A stretch of 64,000 nt of DNA from Acidithiobacillus sp. Lineage in GTDB: Bacteria; Pseudomonadota; Gammaproteobacteria; Acidithiobacillales; Acidithiobacillaceae. Below the pieces are notes generated by a model, which saw only the letters and a list, made by a program, of their open reading frames with translations, searched no databases and had not been told where the DNA came from. Shown here piece after piece: positions 1 to 10,131 of this stretch. The translations under genes and the position numbers were made by a program. Location: NCBI RefSeq assembly GCF_023229925.1, contig NZ_JALNYM010000004.1:79998-143997 (forward strand), given 5' to 3'. The first letter of the stretch is position 1; every line of letters begins with the position of its first letter.

Positions 1-655
1 CCAGGGAGAAATTGTCGAGGAGGATCATGTCGGCGCCCGCGCTCAGCGCTTCTTCCAGCTGGCTCAGATTTTCTACTTCAATTTCTATGCGGGTCAGCGC
101 CGGGGCGATTTGCCATGCTGCCGTCAGCGCTGCGGTGATGCCCCCGCAGGCGGCGATATGGTTTTCCTTGATGAGGATGCCGTCGTAAAGACCCAGCCGG
201 TGATTATGACCGCCACCGATGCGTACTGCATATTTCTGGGCCTGACGCAGGCCGGGGATGGTCTTGCGGGTATCCAGGAGCCGCGTTTTATGGCCGCTCA
301 GCGCGTTGGCACAGGCGCGAACCTGGGTCGCGGTACCGGAGAGGGTTTGCAGAAAATTCAGTGCCGTGCGTTCTCCGGAAAGTACAGCGCGCGCGGGACC
401 TTCCAGGGTGCAGAGGACTTGATCGGGGGCAACATGTGCACCCTCGGCGACTTGCCAGGTGATCCGGATTGTTGGCGAGAGAGCGGCAAAGGTGGCCTCC
501 GCATACGCCTGTCCGCAGAGAACCCCCTTTTCGCGACTGATGATACGGGCACTGAGACGATTGGCGGCAGGGATGAGTGCCGCAGTCAGGTCGCCGCTGC
601 CCATATCTTCGGAAAGGGCGTGTTGTACGGTGCGTGATAAATCAGCAGGAATCAT
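1..655 (-). CDS. nadC: Nicotinate-nucleotide pyrophosphorylase (quinolinate phosphoribosyltransferase), 3' end runs off the window
   Basis: Not in the ORF track. Manual translation from the ATG at 655 (overlaps the nhaA stop, ATGA) gives MIPADLSRTVQHALSEDMGSGDLT...LDTRKTIPGLRQAQKYAVRIGGG...IEVENLSQLEEALSAGADMILLDNF. Confidence 0.93.
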   Translation of the reverse strand, partial: MIPADLSRTVQHALSEDMGSGDLTAALIPAANRLSARIISREKGVLCGQAYAEATFAALSPTIRITWQVAEGAHVAPDQVLCTLEGPARAVLSGERTALNFLQTLSGTATQVRACANALSGHKTRLLDTRKTIPGLRQAQKYAVRIGGGHNHRLGLYDGILIKENHIAACGGITAALTAAWQIAPALTRIEIEVENLSQLEEALSAGADMILLDNFSL

Positions 656-2001
656 GCGGGAACCTCGTTGCGACCGACCCAGAAGAGCCAGGTCAGACCG
701 ATAATGGCGGCGATCAGGGAGGCGAGGAGAATGCCTAGCTTGGCTTCTTCTTGCAGATGATGGTCAGTGAAGGCCAGTTGGCTGATAAATAACGACATGG
801 TGAAGCCGACTCCGCCCAGCCAGGCGGCGCCGAGCAGGTGTCGCCATTGTACGCCGTGGGGCAGGCGCGCGATTTTGAAACGTACCGCTATCCAGCTACT
901 GAGACTGATTCCGATAAATTTGCCCAGTACCAGACCCAGACAGGTGCCCAGGGTGACCGTACTCAACAGCATTCCGGTGGACACCTGCGCAAAGTTGATG
1001 CCCGCGTTGGCCAGGGCAAAAATGGGGATAACGCCGAAGGTGACCCAGGGTTGAACCGCATGTTCGAGGCGTTGTTGGGGTGCGAGGGCGGCGGCGCTGC
1101 TGTGTTGCAAGCTCTGGATGATGCCGGCGAGCTGGTCGTTCACCAGAGGGTCAAGGCGCCTGCTGTGAATGATGACATCCCGCAGATTTTGCCCGCGGGC
1201 ACTCAGGGTGTCGGCCAGCTCGTCGGGCCGTATGCGGCCGCGTGCCGGAATGGTGAAAGCCAGCAGTATCCCGGCGACCGTGGCATGTATACCCGACAGC
1301 AAGACGAAATACCAAAAGGGCAGTCCTACCAGCAGATAAGGCAGGGCGTTACGGATGCCGCCCTGATTGAAGAGAATCAGCACGAGCAATAAAATTCCGG
1401 CGACGATCAAGGCGGTCACGTTGAGTGCGGGTGTGTAATAAATGGCAATGACGAGCACTGCGCCGAGGTCGTCGGCAATGGCCAGGGCGGTGAGGAAAAT
1501 AATCAGGTTACGGGGAATGCGCCAGGCCAGCAGTACAAGAATACCGATGGCGAAAGCAATATCCGTCGCCATGGGAATACCCCAGCCGTCTGCAGCGGAG
1601 CCGCCGGGATTAAACTGGTGATAAATCAGTGCCGGGACAATCATTCCCCCCAGGGCCGCAATGACGGGCAGGGCGGCATCGCGCAGGGAGGAGAGTTCCC
1701 CCACCAGAAATTCCCGCTTCAGCTCCAGCCCGACGACAAAAAAGAACAGCGCCATCAGGCCGTCGTTGATCCAGTGATGGAGGCTTTGATCCAGGCCCCA
1801 GGCACCCCAATGCAGCCCTAAGTGCTCTTCCCAAAAGGCGTGGTAGGGTACATGCCAGACGGAGTTGCTGAGCATCAGGGTCAGGATCGTGGCAGCGATG
1901 AGGACGATGCCGCCTGCCGTCGCCCGCCGCAGAAACTGCTCGAAGGGCGACAGCATGCGCCCGAATAAAGGCTCGAGCAGATAAACCGGGCGGTCAGCCA
2001 T
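652..2001 (-). CDS. nhaA: Na+/H+ antiporter NhaA
   Basis: WINDGLMALFFFVVGLELKRE, GWGIPMATDIAFA, LAIADDLG and GGVGFTMSLFI motifs. Confidence 0.96.
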   Translation of the reverse strand: MADRPVYLLEPLFGRMLSPFEQFLRRATAGGIVLIAATILTLMLSNSVWHVPYHAFWEEHLGLHWGAWGLDQSLHHWINDGLMALFFFVVGLELKREFLVGELSSLRDAALPVIAALGGMIVPALIYHQFNPGGSAADGWGIPMATDIAFAIGILVLLAWRIPRNLIIFLTALAIADDLGAVLVIAIYYTPALNVTALIVAGILLLVLILFNQGGIRNALPYLLVGLPFWYFVLLSGIHATVAGILLAFTIPARGRIRPDELADTLSARGQNLRDVIIHSRRLDPLVNDQLAGIIQSLQHSSAAALAPQQRLEHAVQPWVTFGVIPIFALANAGINFAQVSTGMLLSTVTLGTCLGLVLGKFIGISLSSWIAVRFKIARLPHGVQWRHLLGAAWLGGVGFTMSLFISQLAFTDHHLQEEAKLGILLASLIAAIIGLTWLFWVGRNEVPA

Positions 2002-2019
2002 GCAGACCCCGCTGCCCGG

Positions 2020-4836
2020 TCACAAATGCTCCAGTCGCTGTGCCTGTTCGCTGAGTTGTAGCAGGGCGGCGTCTATTTCGCGCAGACGCTCTTCTTCCTT
2101 GGCGACGACCTCGGCGGGGGCGCGGCTGCGGAAGCTTTCCTGGGCCAGCTTGGCGGCGGTTTTAGCGCGATCCTGCTCAAGACGTTGCTGTTCTTTCGCC
2201 AGACGGGCCTGCTCGGCCACCACGTCAATGACTCCGGCGAGGGGGACGAGGACGCGCAGATCCCCGACCAGTTGCAAGGCGGCGGGCGGCGCTTCTTCTG
2301 CGGTGCCCAGCCATTCCAGACTGGCGAGGCGACTGAGAGCGAAGAGCCAGGGAGCATATTGTTGCGCACGCTGGCGGTCGCTGGCATCGCCCCCCTGCAG
2401 CAGCAGCGGCAGTGCCTTGCTGGGCGCAATATCCATTTCACCACGCACCGAGCGGATGGCGCGGATGACCGCAATCAGCCATTCCGTATCGCCATCCGCC
2501 TGGACGTCGATACGGGAGAGGTCCGCCACCGGATAAGGGGCGAGGGCAATGCTGTCGCCTGCTTTGCCGATGATCGGGGCTATCCGTTGCCAGAGTTCCT
2601 CGGTGAGGAAAGGCATCACCGGATGCATCAGACGCAGGCCAGCCTCCAATACCCGCAGCAGGGTATTGCGGGTGCCGCACTGTTGCGCCGAGGTGAACGG
2701 GCTGTCACTGCGCAGGATCGGCTTGGTCAGCTCGATATACCAGTCGCAGTAGTCATTCCAGAAAAATTGGTACAGCGCATGGGCGGCGTCGGCAAAGCGA
2801 TACTGGTCGATGGCGCTGTTGACGGCCGCTTCGCAGTGCTGCAGACGACCGATAATCCAGCGTTCCGGCGCCAACAGTTCACGCTCGCCTTCCAGATCGG
2901 CCGGATTTTGTATCTGCATCAGGGCAAAACGCGAGGCGTTCCAGAGCTTGTTGCAGAAATTGCGATTTCCCTCCACCCGCTTGAGGTCAAACTTGATGTC
3001 GCGGCCCTGGGTGGCCAGGGCCGCGAAGGTGAAGCGCAGGGCGTCGGTGCCGAAGGCGGGAATGCCGTCGGCGAACTCTTTACGGGTGGCCTTTTCGATT
3101 TTGGCCGCCATCTGCGGTTGCATGAGGCCCTTGGTACGCTTGGCGACGAGGTCTTCCAGGCTGATCCCGTCGATGAGGTCGATGGGGTCGAGGACATTGC
3201 CCTTGGACTTGCTCATCTTCTGGCCCTCCGCATCGCGCACCAGACCGTGGACATAGACTTCATGGAAAGGCACGTCGTCCATGAAGCGCAGGCCCATCAT
3301 GATCATCCGCGCCACCCAGAAGAAAATGATGTCGAAGCCGGTGACCAGCACGCTGGTGGGGTAGAATTGGGCGAGATCCGGTGTTTTTTCCGGCCAGCCC
3401 AGGGTGGTGAAGGGCCACAGCGCCGAACTGAACCAGGTGTCGAGCACGTCCGGGTCGCGTTCCAGAACCACCGGCACGCCGTAATGGCGCGCGGCTTCCG
3501 CCTGTGCTTCCTCTTCATGACGGGCGACAAAGATTTTACCGTCGGGGCCGTACCAGGCGGGAATCTGGTGCCCCCACCAGAGCTGGCGGGAGATGCACCA
3601 GTCCTCGATGCGCTGCATCCAGTCGAAGTAGGTTTTGCTCCAGTTTTCCGGTACGAAGCGGATGCGGCCCTCTTCCACCGCGCGGATGGCGGGTTCGGCC
3701 AGTGGCGCGACCTTCACGTACCATTGATCGGTCAGGTAGGGCTCGATGACGGCCTGGGAGCGGTCGCCACGGGGCACCATGAGCTGGTGTTCGTCGGTGC
3801 GTTCCAGCAGATTTTCCGCTTCCAGCAGGGCCAGAATCTGCTTGCGGGCGGCATAACGGTCCAGTCCGCGCAGGGGCTCGGGAATCTCTCCGGCGACGAT
3901 GTTGTCGCCGAAGACTTCGATACGGTCCCGGATACGGGCATCGGGGGTAAAGACGTTGAGCAGGGCCAGACCGTGCCGCTGCCCCACCTGATAATCGTTG
4001 AAATCGTGGGCCGGGGTGATTTTGACGCAGCCCGAGCCGAATTCTGGTTCGACATAAGTGTCCGCGATGATGGGGATCTCGCGGTTCATGATCGGCAGGC
4101 GCAGGGTCTTGCCGATGAGGTCGGCGTAGCGCGGATCATCGGGGTGAACCGCCACCGCCACGTCGCCCAGCAGGGTTTCCGGGCGGGTGGTGGCGACCAC
4201 GAGGGCACCATTGCCGTCACTGAGGGGATAACGGATGTGCCAGAGGGCGCCTTGCTCCGCTTCGCTGACGACTTCCAGATCAGAAACAGCGGTGCGCAGG
4301 ACCGGGTCCCAGTTCACCAGCCGCTTGCCGCGATAAATCAGACCTTCGTCATGCAGGCGGACAAAGACCTCGGTGACGGCATGGGAAAGCCCGCTGTCCA
4401 GCGTAAAACGCTCGCGCGACCAGTCACAGGAGGCCCCCAACCGTCGCATTTGCCGGGTGATATGGCCGCCTGATTCCTGGCGCCACTGCCAGACCCGCTC
4501 CAGAAAGGCACCGCGGCCCATTTGGTGGCGGTCACCGCCTTCCTGCGCCAGTTGTCGTTCCACCAGCATCTGGGTGGCGATGCCCGCATGGTCGGTGCCC
4601 GGCTGCCAGAGGGTACGCTCGCCGCGCATCCGGTGGACGCGGGTGAGGATGTCCATCAGGGTATCCTGAAAGGCATGGCCCATGTGCAGGGTGCCGGTGA
4701 CGTTGGGTGGCGGCAGCATGATGCAGTAGGGCGCGCCGTCGCCTGCTGGTTGGAACAGGCCATGGGCCTCCCAGCGCACATAGCACTGGGTTTCGATTGC
4801 GGCGGGGGCGAAGGGGCGATCCAGGGTGTCAGTCAT
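2020..4836 (-). CDS. valS: Valine--tRNA ligase
   Basis: [13 protein letters not shown] (HIGH) and KMSKS motifs, C-terminal coiled coil, 938 aa. Confidence 0.98.
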   Translation of the reverse strand: MTDTLDRPFAPAAIETQCYVRWEAHGLFQPAGDGAPYCIMLPPPNVTGTLHMGHAFQDTLMDILTRVHRMRGERTLWQPGTDHAGIATQMLVERQLAQEGGDRHQMGRGAFLERVWQWRQESGGHITRQMRRLGASCDWSRERFTLDSGLSHAVTEVFVRLHDEGLIYRGKRLVNWDPVLRTAVSDLEVVSEAEQGALWHIRYPLSDGNGALVVATTRPETLLGDVAVAVHPDDPRYADLIGKTLRLPIMNREIPIIADTYVEPEFGSGCVKITPAHDFNDYQVGQRHGLALLNVFTPDARIRDRIEVFGDNIVAGEIPEPLRGLDRYAARKQILALLEAENLLERTDEHQLMVPRGDRSQAVIEPYLTDQWYVKVAPLAEPAIRAVEEGRIRFVPENWSKTYFDWMQRIEDWCISRQLWWGHQIPAWYGPDGKIFVARHEEEAQAEAARHYGVPVVLERDPDVLDTWFSSALWPFTTLGWPEKTPDLAQFYPTSVLVTGFDIIFFWVARMIMMGLRFMDDVPFHEVYVHGLVRDAEGQKMSKSKGNVLDPIDLIDGISLEDLVAKRTKGLMQPQMAAKIEKATRKEFADGIPAFGTDALRFTFAALATQGRDIKFDLKRVEGNRNFCNKLWNASRFALMQIQNPADLEGERELLAPERWIIGRLQHCEAAVNSAIDQYRFADAAHALYQFFWNDYCDWYIELTKPILRSDSPFTSAQQCGTRNTLLRVLEAGLRLMHPVMPFLTEELWQRIAPIIGKAGDSIALAPYPVADLSRIDVQADGDTEWLIAVIRAIRSVRGEMDIAPSKALPLLLQGGDASDRQRAQQYAPWLFALSRLASLEWLGTAEEAPPAALQLVGDLRVLVPLAGVIDVVAEQARLAKEQQRLEQDRAKTAAKLAQESFRSRAPAEVVAKEEERLREIDAALLQLSEQAQRLEHL

Positions 4837-4847
4837 AGTAGGGTACG

Positions 4848-5738
4848 TTACTCAATTTCCGAGGTGTTGATCTGGTCCAGACCGTCGTGCAGGACGCGCT
4901 GCAGTATTTCCGGAAGCGACTGGCGGATATCTCCAGCCAGGCCTTCGCGCAACTTGATGCCCTCCAGCGCAAGGGTTCGCATGATAGTCAGACTGACCTG
5001 CTCTTTCCAGACGGTTTGCAGGCGCTGTGTCACCAGATCTTCTATCTCATTGATGATTCGTCGTTCAACCTCCTGGAAAAGCAGATTCTCGAAGTCTTTG
5101 AGAAAGTCGAGATCTACGGGAGGTGGCGGGACGGTGGACTGAACAGGCTGGCGAGCATCGGCCATTGCGGCCCCTTGCATGGGCAGCGGTTCTGATGCAG
5201 CTGGAGGAACGGGGGCGGACTGTTCCAGTGCTATCGCATCGGCGATCTTCTCAGAAGTGGCCTCAATGGGTGAGGTCGCAACCGTGTCGTTCCCTGCAGT
5301 GGACTCGGCTGCTTCACGAATCCGCGCCAGGACTACATCCAGTTCATGCTTTTCAATATCTTTGTTGGCTGTGATGGGGGATGCGGCCGCAACCGTGTCC
5401 AGCCAGTGTGGCTCTGCTTGTGCGTATTCCGTATGCGCCGCCGCAGCACTTTTGGGCGCTGCGACCGTAGCCTCCTCCCAGCGCATCGAAAAAACGGCGG
5501 GACTCTCGGGCACCGCCACCGATTCGGGAGGGAGTGATGAGAGATGATCTGGCAACGCCTCTGCCGCCTCTGCTGCCGGATAGGTTATGGCTTCCGGCGT
5601 CGCGTCGTCCGTATGCCGCCAAAGTTGTGGCGGCAGTCCCTGACGCAAAAGGTGGGTGAGTAGCAATGGGCCGCCGCCATCATCGGCGTCCCTTTGCTCT
5701 TCAAGAACGGGTTCTTTACGTGTCGGTATGCTTGCCAT
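4848..5738 (-). CDS. Hypothetical Pro/Ala/acidic disordered protein with helical C-terminus (PopZ-like architecture, see findings)
   Basis: ORF fills the gap between holC and valS; likely start [12 protein letters not shown] at 5738 just after the holC stop. Confidence 0.75.
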   Translation of the reverse strand: MASIPTRKEPVLEEQRDADDGGGPLLLTHLLRQGLPPQLWRHTDDATPEAITYPAAEAAEALPDHLSSLPPESVAVPESPAVFSMRWEEATVAAPKSAAAAHTEYAQAEPHWLDTVAAASPITANKDIEKHELDVVLARIREAAESTAGNDTVATSPIEATSEKIADAIALEQSAPVPPAASEPLPMQGAAMADARQPVQSTVPPPPVDLDFLKDFENLLFQEVERRIINEIEDLVTQRLQTVWKEQVSLTIMRTLALEGIKLREGLAGDIRQSLPEILQRVLHDGLDQINTSEIE

Positions 5739-5752
5739 GGGTGCGTCTCCAG

Positions 5753-6178
5753 TCAGGCTTCCAGGGGATGCACCTGCATGGTGTATCCCGCGTTCTTTAA
5801 TTGTTTGTATCGTTCTCTGGCGAGGCTGCGGGGCTGCTCTGCGACAGGAATGAAGTCGATGAGCCGTTCGCATGCAGGGACAGGTGTCGGCAATGCGTCC
5901 AGCCCGCAGAGCACCAAGGCCTTACTCTGTGGGGGCCAGGCGCCGCCATCATGGATGCGTATGGATTCTCCTGCACCCCGGACATGGGGCACGAAAGCAC
6001 CAGCCTGGAAAGTCCACAGAAGATCATCCATGATCTGCCCCATCTCTACATCCGGGCACAGGATATCTGCTTCTCCTACGACCTGCCAGACTTTGGCAAT
6101 TACCCGGCATATACCGCGCTGCTGCTCGTGCGGGGTGAGCAACGTCGGCGGCAACGCATAGAACGAGGCGATGGGCAA
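5753..6178 (-). CDS. holC: DNA polymerase III subunit chi
   Basis: MDDLLWTFQAGAFVPH and LARERYKQLKNAGY motifs; pepA-holC-valS context; TTG start. Confidence 0.9.
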   Translation of the reverse strand: MPIASFYALPPTLLTPHEQQRGICRVIAKVWQVVGEADILCPDVEMGQIMDDLLWTFQAGAFVPHVRGAGESIRIHDGGAWPPQSKALVLCGLDALPTPVPACERLIDFIPVAEQPRSLARERYKQLKNAGYTMQVHPLEA

Positions 6179-6190
6179 GCGGTGGTCCTC

Positions 6191-7693
6191 TCAAGCCAAC
6201 TGCCGCGCCCGTTGTAGCAAATACTCTACCAACAACGGCACCGGGCGGCCCGTCGCACCTTTGTTCTCGCCGCTCTTCCATGCTACCCCGGCAATATCGA
6301 GATGCGCCCAATGATAGTTTTCAGTGAAGCGTGAGAGAAAACAGGCGGCGGTGATAGTCCCTGCTGGTCGGCCACCGACGTTGGAGAGGTCAGCGAAGGG
6401 GCTCTTCAATTGCTCCTGATATTCGTCGAAGAGCGGCAGCTCCCAGGCCCGATCCATGTTTTCCTTGCCCGCAGCAATCAGTTCATGGACGAGTCCCTCA
6501 TGATTGCCGAGCACGGCCGCAGTCTGGTGCCCCAGAGCGATGACGCAGGCGCCGGTAAGGGTGGCGATATCGATCACTACGTCGGGTTCGAAGCGCTCAA
6601 CATAGGTTAAGGCGTCCGCGAGGATCAACCGTCCCTCGGCATCGGTGTTCACAATCTCCACGCTCAGGCCTTTCATGCTCTTATGGATGTCACCAGGCTT
6701 GGTGGCTTGCCCGTCGGGCAGATTTTCTGAAGCGGGTACCACGGTAATAACGTTCAGCGGGAGTTTAAGTTCCGCTGCCGCCTGAATAGCCGCCAACGCT
6801 GAAGCTCCGCCGCACATGTCATATTTCATCTCCTCCATCTTGTCAGCGGGCTTCAGGGAGATTCCACCGGCGTCAAAGGTGAGCCCCTTGCCGACCAGCA
6901 CGATCGGTGCCTGATCCTCGGCGCCACCCCAATATTCAAGAATGATCAGCCGGGGCGGCTGTCGGGATCCGTTGGCGACGCCGAGGAGCAAATGCATTCC
7001 CAGGGCTTCCATGGCGTCCGGACCGAGGATGGTGCTTTTGATGCCTAAACGCTGGGCCATGGCCTCCGCTTGCCCGGCGAGCCAGGCAGGAGTACAGACA
7101 TTTCCCGGCTCGTTGGCCATATCCTTGGCCCATGCGACGGCCCGTGCTGTCGCATGGGCTTCTGCTGCGGCACGCTGAACTTCTGCCAGTTCGGCCATGT
7201 TGCCTTCGGAAACGATGAGCTGCATGGCGCCAAAGGCCCGTTGCGGCTTATCTGCAGGCTTTTTATGCTGGTCAAAGTGGTAATCGACTTCCGCCATCGC
7301 CTGAACCAAAATTTTTGCGAGTGCAGGTGCGGAACGGCGGATCACCGGGGTGTCCAGCAGGTGTAAGCTGACGCGGCTGATGCGGGCATTCTGCAAAGCG
7401 TGCGCGGCGGCGAGTGCGGCTTTGCGAAATTGACTATCCTTGACCTTGCCATGGGTACCGAGGCCCAGGACAAGCACTCGCGCAGCGGCAATTTTCGGAA
7501 CCTGATAGAGCATCTGCGTCTCGCCACAGGCGCCGCTAAAATCTCCGGTATCGAGGAGGGCCTGGAGGGCGCCGCCACTGGCCAGATCAATCAGCGTGGC
7601 GGCGGGACTCAGCGTGCCGCCTTCATACACTCCGACGACTACACAGTCATTGTTGTCGGCGGTTGGGTTCTGGCACTGTACGGCTATCTCCAC
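6191..7693 (-). CDS. pepA: Leucyl aminopeptidase (M17)
   Basis: VGKGLTFDAGGISLK, MKYDMCG and NTDAEGRLILAD motifs; start placed at GTG 7693 behind AGGAGA. Confidence 0.96.
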   Translation of the reverse strand: MEIAVQCQNPTADNNDCVVVGVYEGGTLSPAATLIDLASGGALQALLDTGDFSGACGETQMLYQVPKIAAARVLVLGLGTHGKVKDSQFRKAALAAAHALQNARISRVSLHLLDTPVIRRSAPALAKILVQAMAEVDYHFDQHKKPADKPQRAFGAMQLIVSEGNMAELAEVQRAAAEAHATARAVAWAKDMANEPGNVCTPAWLAGQAEAMAQRLGIKSTILGPDAMEALGMHLLLGVANGSRQPPRLIILEYWGGAEDQAPIVLVGKGLTFDAGGISLKPADKMEEMKYDMCGGASALAAIQAAAELKLPLNVITVVPASENLPDGQATKPGDIHKSMKGLSVEIVNTDAEGRLILADALTYVERFEPDVVIDIATLTGACVIALGHQTAAVLGNHEGLVHELIAAGKENMDRAWELPLFDEYQEQLKSPFADLSNVGGRPAGTITAACFLSRFTENYHWAHLDIAGVAWKSGENKGATGRPVPLLVEYLLQRARQLA

Positions 7694-7808
7694 GGCGGTT
7701 CTCCTGATAATCTGTAAGCGAGGAATTCGAGATGACGTCAAAGATGGAAAATAAGCCCCAGAGGCACCGGGAATCAAGTCTTGTGAGTAATCTTCAGGGG
7801 TTGCCCGC

Positions 7809-8930
7809 TTGACGCGCATCCGTATGCAGCTCGTGCGAAATATCACGACCTCTTTTCTGCTGACCTGCCTGGTGGTGCTTGCCATCCTGGCTATCGGTCA
7901 GGCGACCCAATTGTTGAGGCAAGTCGCTTCCGGGCAGTTGCCGTTATCGATTGTACTACAGTTGCTCGGCCTGGCAGTACCTACACTGTTGGTCATGGTA
8001 TTGCCTCTGGCCTTTTTCTTCGCGGTTTATCTGGTGTTCAGCAATCTCTATCGTTCCAATGAGATGGTGGCCATTCGCAGTACCGGTACCGGGCTGTCGG
8101 GACTTCTGCCATCTGTTGCGGCGGTTGCGGCAGGTGTCTTTTGTCTGGAATTGTTATTGTCTCTTTCCTGGGCGCCCGGTGCGCAGCGTCAGTTACAATC
8201 CGACTCTGTGCGCCTGGCCAATGCCGCGGCCGAAGCTATGCTGCAGCCTGGCAGTTTCACGAATTTACCCGGCGGTCGGGTGATTTATGTGGGGCAGCCC
8301 GTGGGTAAAGACAGTCACCGCTTCCGCGAGATATTTTTGTCCATTGCCCAAGGTGATCAACTGGATTTGGCGACCGCGACTTACGGGGAGATCAAACCCC
8401 GTCAGGATGGCGCCCTGACGCTGGTGCTGGTGGATGGCCAACGTTATCTGGGACGGCCCGGGCAAAACGGGTTCAAAGTTCTTTCCTTCGCGCGCTATCG
8501 AGTGTTGCTGGGTAGCCCGGTCACCAGCGCTGCCCAGCCGGGCGGCATCAACTGGGGTAGCGTGTCTCTGTCTCAGCTTGGGCGTGACCTGCACGGCACC
8601 GAGATGCGCTTCGCCGTAACCGAACTGGAGTGGCGTCTGCTCTGGCCGCTCGCGCTGCCTCTATTGGCTTTGCTGGCTATCCCTCTGGCCTACAGCGAGC
8701 CCCGGGGGGGAGGGCGGGCGGCAGGCATGCTGGTAGGCATACTGTTTTTGCTGGCCATCAATAACATCGTTATTTATCTCAAAGAGCACATGATGAGTGG
8801 CAAGATGTCGGTTTTCCCCGGATTATTTTGGGTGCTCCTGCTGATTTTGGTGGTGGCCGCGTACACTTTTTTCAGGCGCAGTCGCGATCTGCCGATTTTA
8901 CCCGCCTGGCCGGGGCGGCGCGCATTATGA
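7809..8930 (+). CDS. lptF: LPS export ABC transporter permease LptF
   Basis: YjgP/Q architecture, YRSNEMVAIRSTG motif, divergent from pepA and paired with lptG. Confidence 0.88.
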   Translation: MTRIRMQLVRNITTSFLLTCLVVLAILAIGQATQLLRQVASGQLPLSIVLQLLGLAVPTLLVMVLPLAFFFAVYLVFSNLYRSNEMVAIRSTGTGLSGLLPSVAAVAAGVFCLELLLSLSWAPGAQRQLQSDSVRLANAAAEAMLQPGSFTNLPGGRVIYVGQPVGKDSHRFREIFLSIAQGDQLDLATATYGEIKPRQDGALTLVLVDGQRYLGRPGQNGFKVLSFARYRVLLGSPVTSAAQPGGINWGSVSLSQLGRDLHGTEMRFAVTELEWRLLWPLALPLLALLAIPLAYSEPRGGGRAAGMLVGILFLLAINNIVIYLKEHMMSGKMSVFPGLFWVLLLILVVAAYTFFRRSRDLPILPAWPGRRAL

Positions 8931-10000
8931 AACGCGCAGATCGGTTGCTGTTTCGTGGCATGTTGCTCTATAGCAGCCTCGTGTTGGTTATGCTTCTGGC
9001 GTTGGTTTACATCGCCCAACTCGTCGCCAAATCCTCCGGACCGGGGCATGGAGTCTGGTCCATGACGCGGCTGCTTTCTTACGCCGCTCTGCAGTTGCCT
9101 GATGTGGCTTATGATGTGATTCCACTGGCGTTACTGCTCGGTGCGCTGGTCTGGGTGAGTATTCTGAGTGGACATTCTGAGGTAATCGCTTTACGCATGT
9201 CGGGGTGGTCGGTCTGGCGTTTGGAGCAGCCGCTCCTGCTGGTCGGGCTGTTCGGTGCTGGCCTTATGTTTGCCTTGGGAGAATGGGTGATACCGGTCAC
9301 CGCACCCGCCGCCGAGACCATGTGGGCCAATACCGGTGAACCGGGGACCCACCTCCATAATATGGGGTCGCAAGGACTATGGTTGCGCTATGGTGCACAG
9401 ATTATCCAGATTGGTGCGGTGGGCGATGACGGGAAGATTTTGCAGGATCTGCATATCGTGCGGATACGCCAGGGTATGGTGGGAGTAAGCGCCATCACAA
9501 CGGCGAGTGAGGCGGCATTCAAAGAGGGGCATTGGAGCATGCACAATGTCCAGCTTTTCGAAATTACACCCGATCAGATACAGGTGACACGTGTTGCGGA
9601 GATGCCGTGGTCAGTGGCGCTGCATCCGGCCACTTTGCGTAGCTTTGCTCATCCGACACGAACCATGACGCTGCCTGCCCTGTGGCAAAGTTACCAGGCT
9701 TTGCAGAGCGGCGCGCTGAATATGAACCGCGTCGCCCTCGCTTTCTGGCGCAGGGTGAGTTATCCATGGGTGGGTCTGGTGATGATTTTGCTGGCGGTAC
9801 CTTTTGTGACGCGCAATCCGCGTGGCGGTGGTCTGGCAGCGCGGATTATGGCGGGGTTGGTGTTGGGGTTGGGATTCCATTTCCTCACGGAGATGTCGGG
9901 ATATATCAGTGTCTCCGGTGGAATACCCCCTTTAGCCGCCACTTTCTTACCTATTGCGCTCTTTGCAGCTATTGCCGGGCTTTTGCATCGTTTCAACTGA
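8927..10000 (+). CDS. lptG: LPS export ABC transporter permease LptG
   Basis: HSEVIALRMSGWS motif and YjgP/Q topology; ATG at 8927 overlaps the lptF stop (ATGA). Confidence 0.88.
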   Translation: MKRADRLLFRGMLLYSSLVLVMLLALVYIAQLVAKSSGPGHGVWSMTRLLSYAALQLPDVAYDVIPLALLLGALVWVSILSGHSEVIALRMSGWSVWRLEQPLLLVGLFGAGLMFALGEWVIPVTAPAAETMWANTGEPGTHLHNMGSQGLWLRYGAQIIQIGAVGDDGKILQDLHIVRIRQGMVGVSAITTASEAAFKEGHWSMHNVQLFEITPDQIQVTRVAEMPWSVALHPATLRSFAHPTRTMTLPALWQSYQALQSGALNMNRVALAFWRRVSYPWVGLVMILLAVPFVTRNPRGGGLAARIMAGLVLGLGFHFLTEMSGYISVSGGIPPLAATFLPIALFAAIAGLLHRFN

Positions 10001-10131
10001 AGGTGGCATTTTGTGCTTCTTCGCTTAAAACAGGCTGCGTTGTAGTGATGCCGATGTATATTATAATGGTACGCTAGGCGTGGGCGATGGAGCGCGGTGC
10101 TGGATAGTTCCGCTATAGAATGGGGGATGCG

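Noticed and set aside
2185-4473. 762-aa plus-strand ORF, and similar long antisense ORFs at 33572-34543, 34559-35839, 46523-47581 and 53200-54123
   Set aside because: They lie antisense to conserved genes (valS, clpA, PPIase, metK, deaD) and have no recognisable motifs. Such shadow ORFs are expected in high-GC coding DNA.
6191-7885. ORF-track N-terminal extensions of pepA (also emrB, rpsT, modC, envC, glgP, ubiC, phoH)
   Set aside because: The extensions overlap neighbouring genes or promoters. Downstream starts have better ribosome-binding sites and family-typical N-termini.
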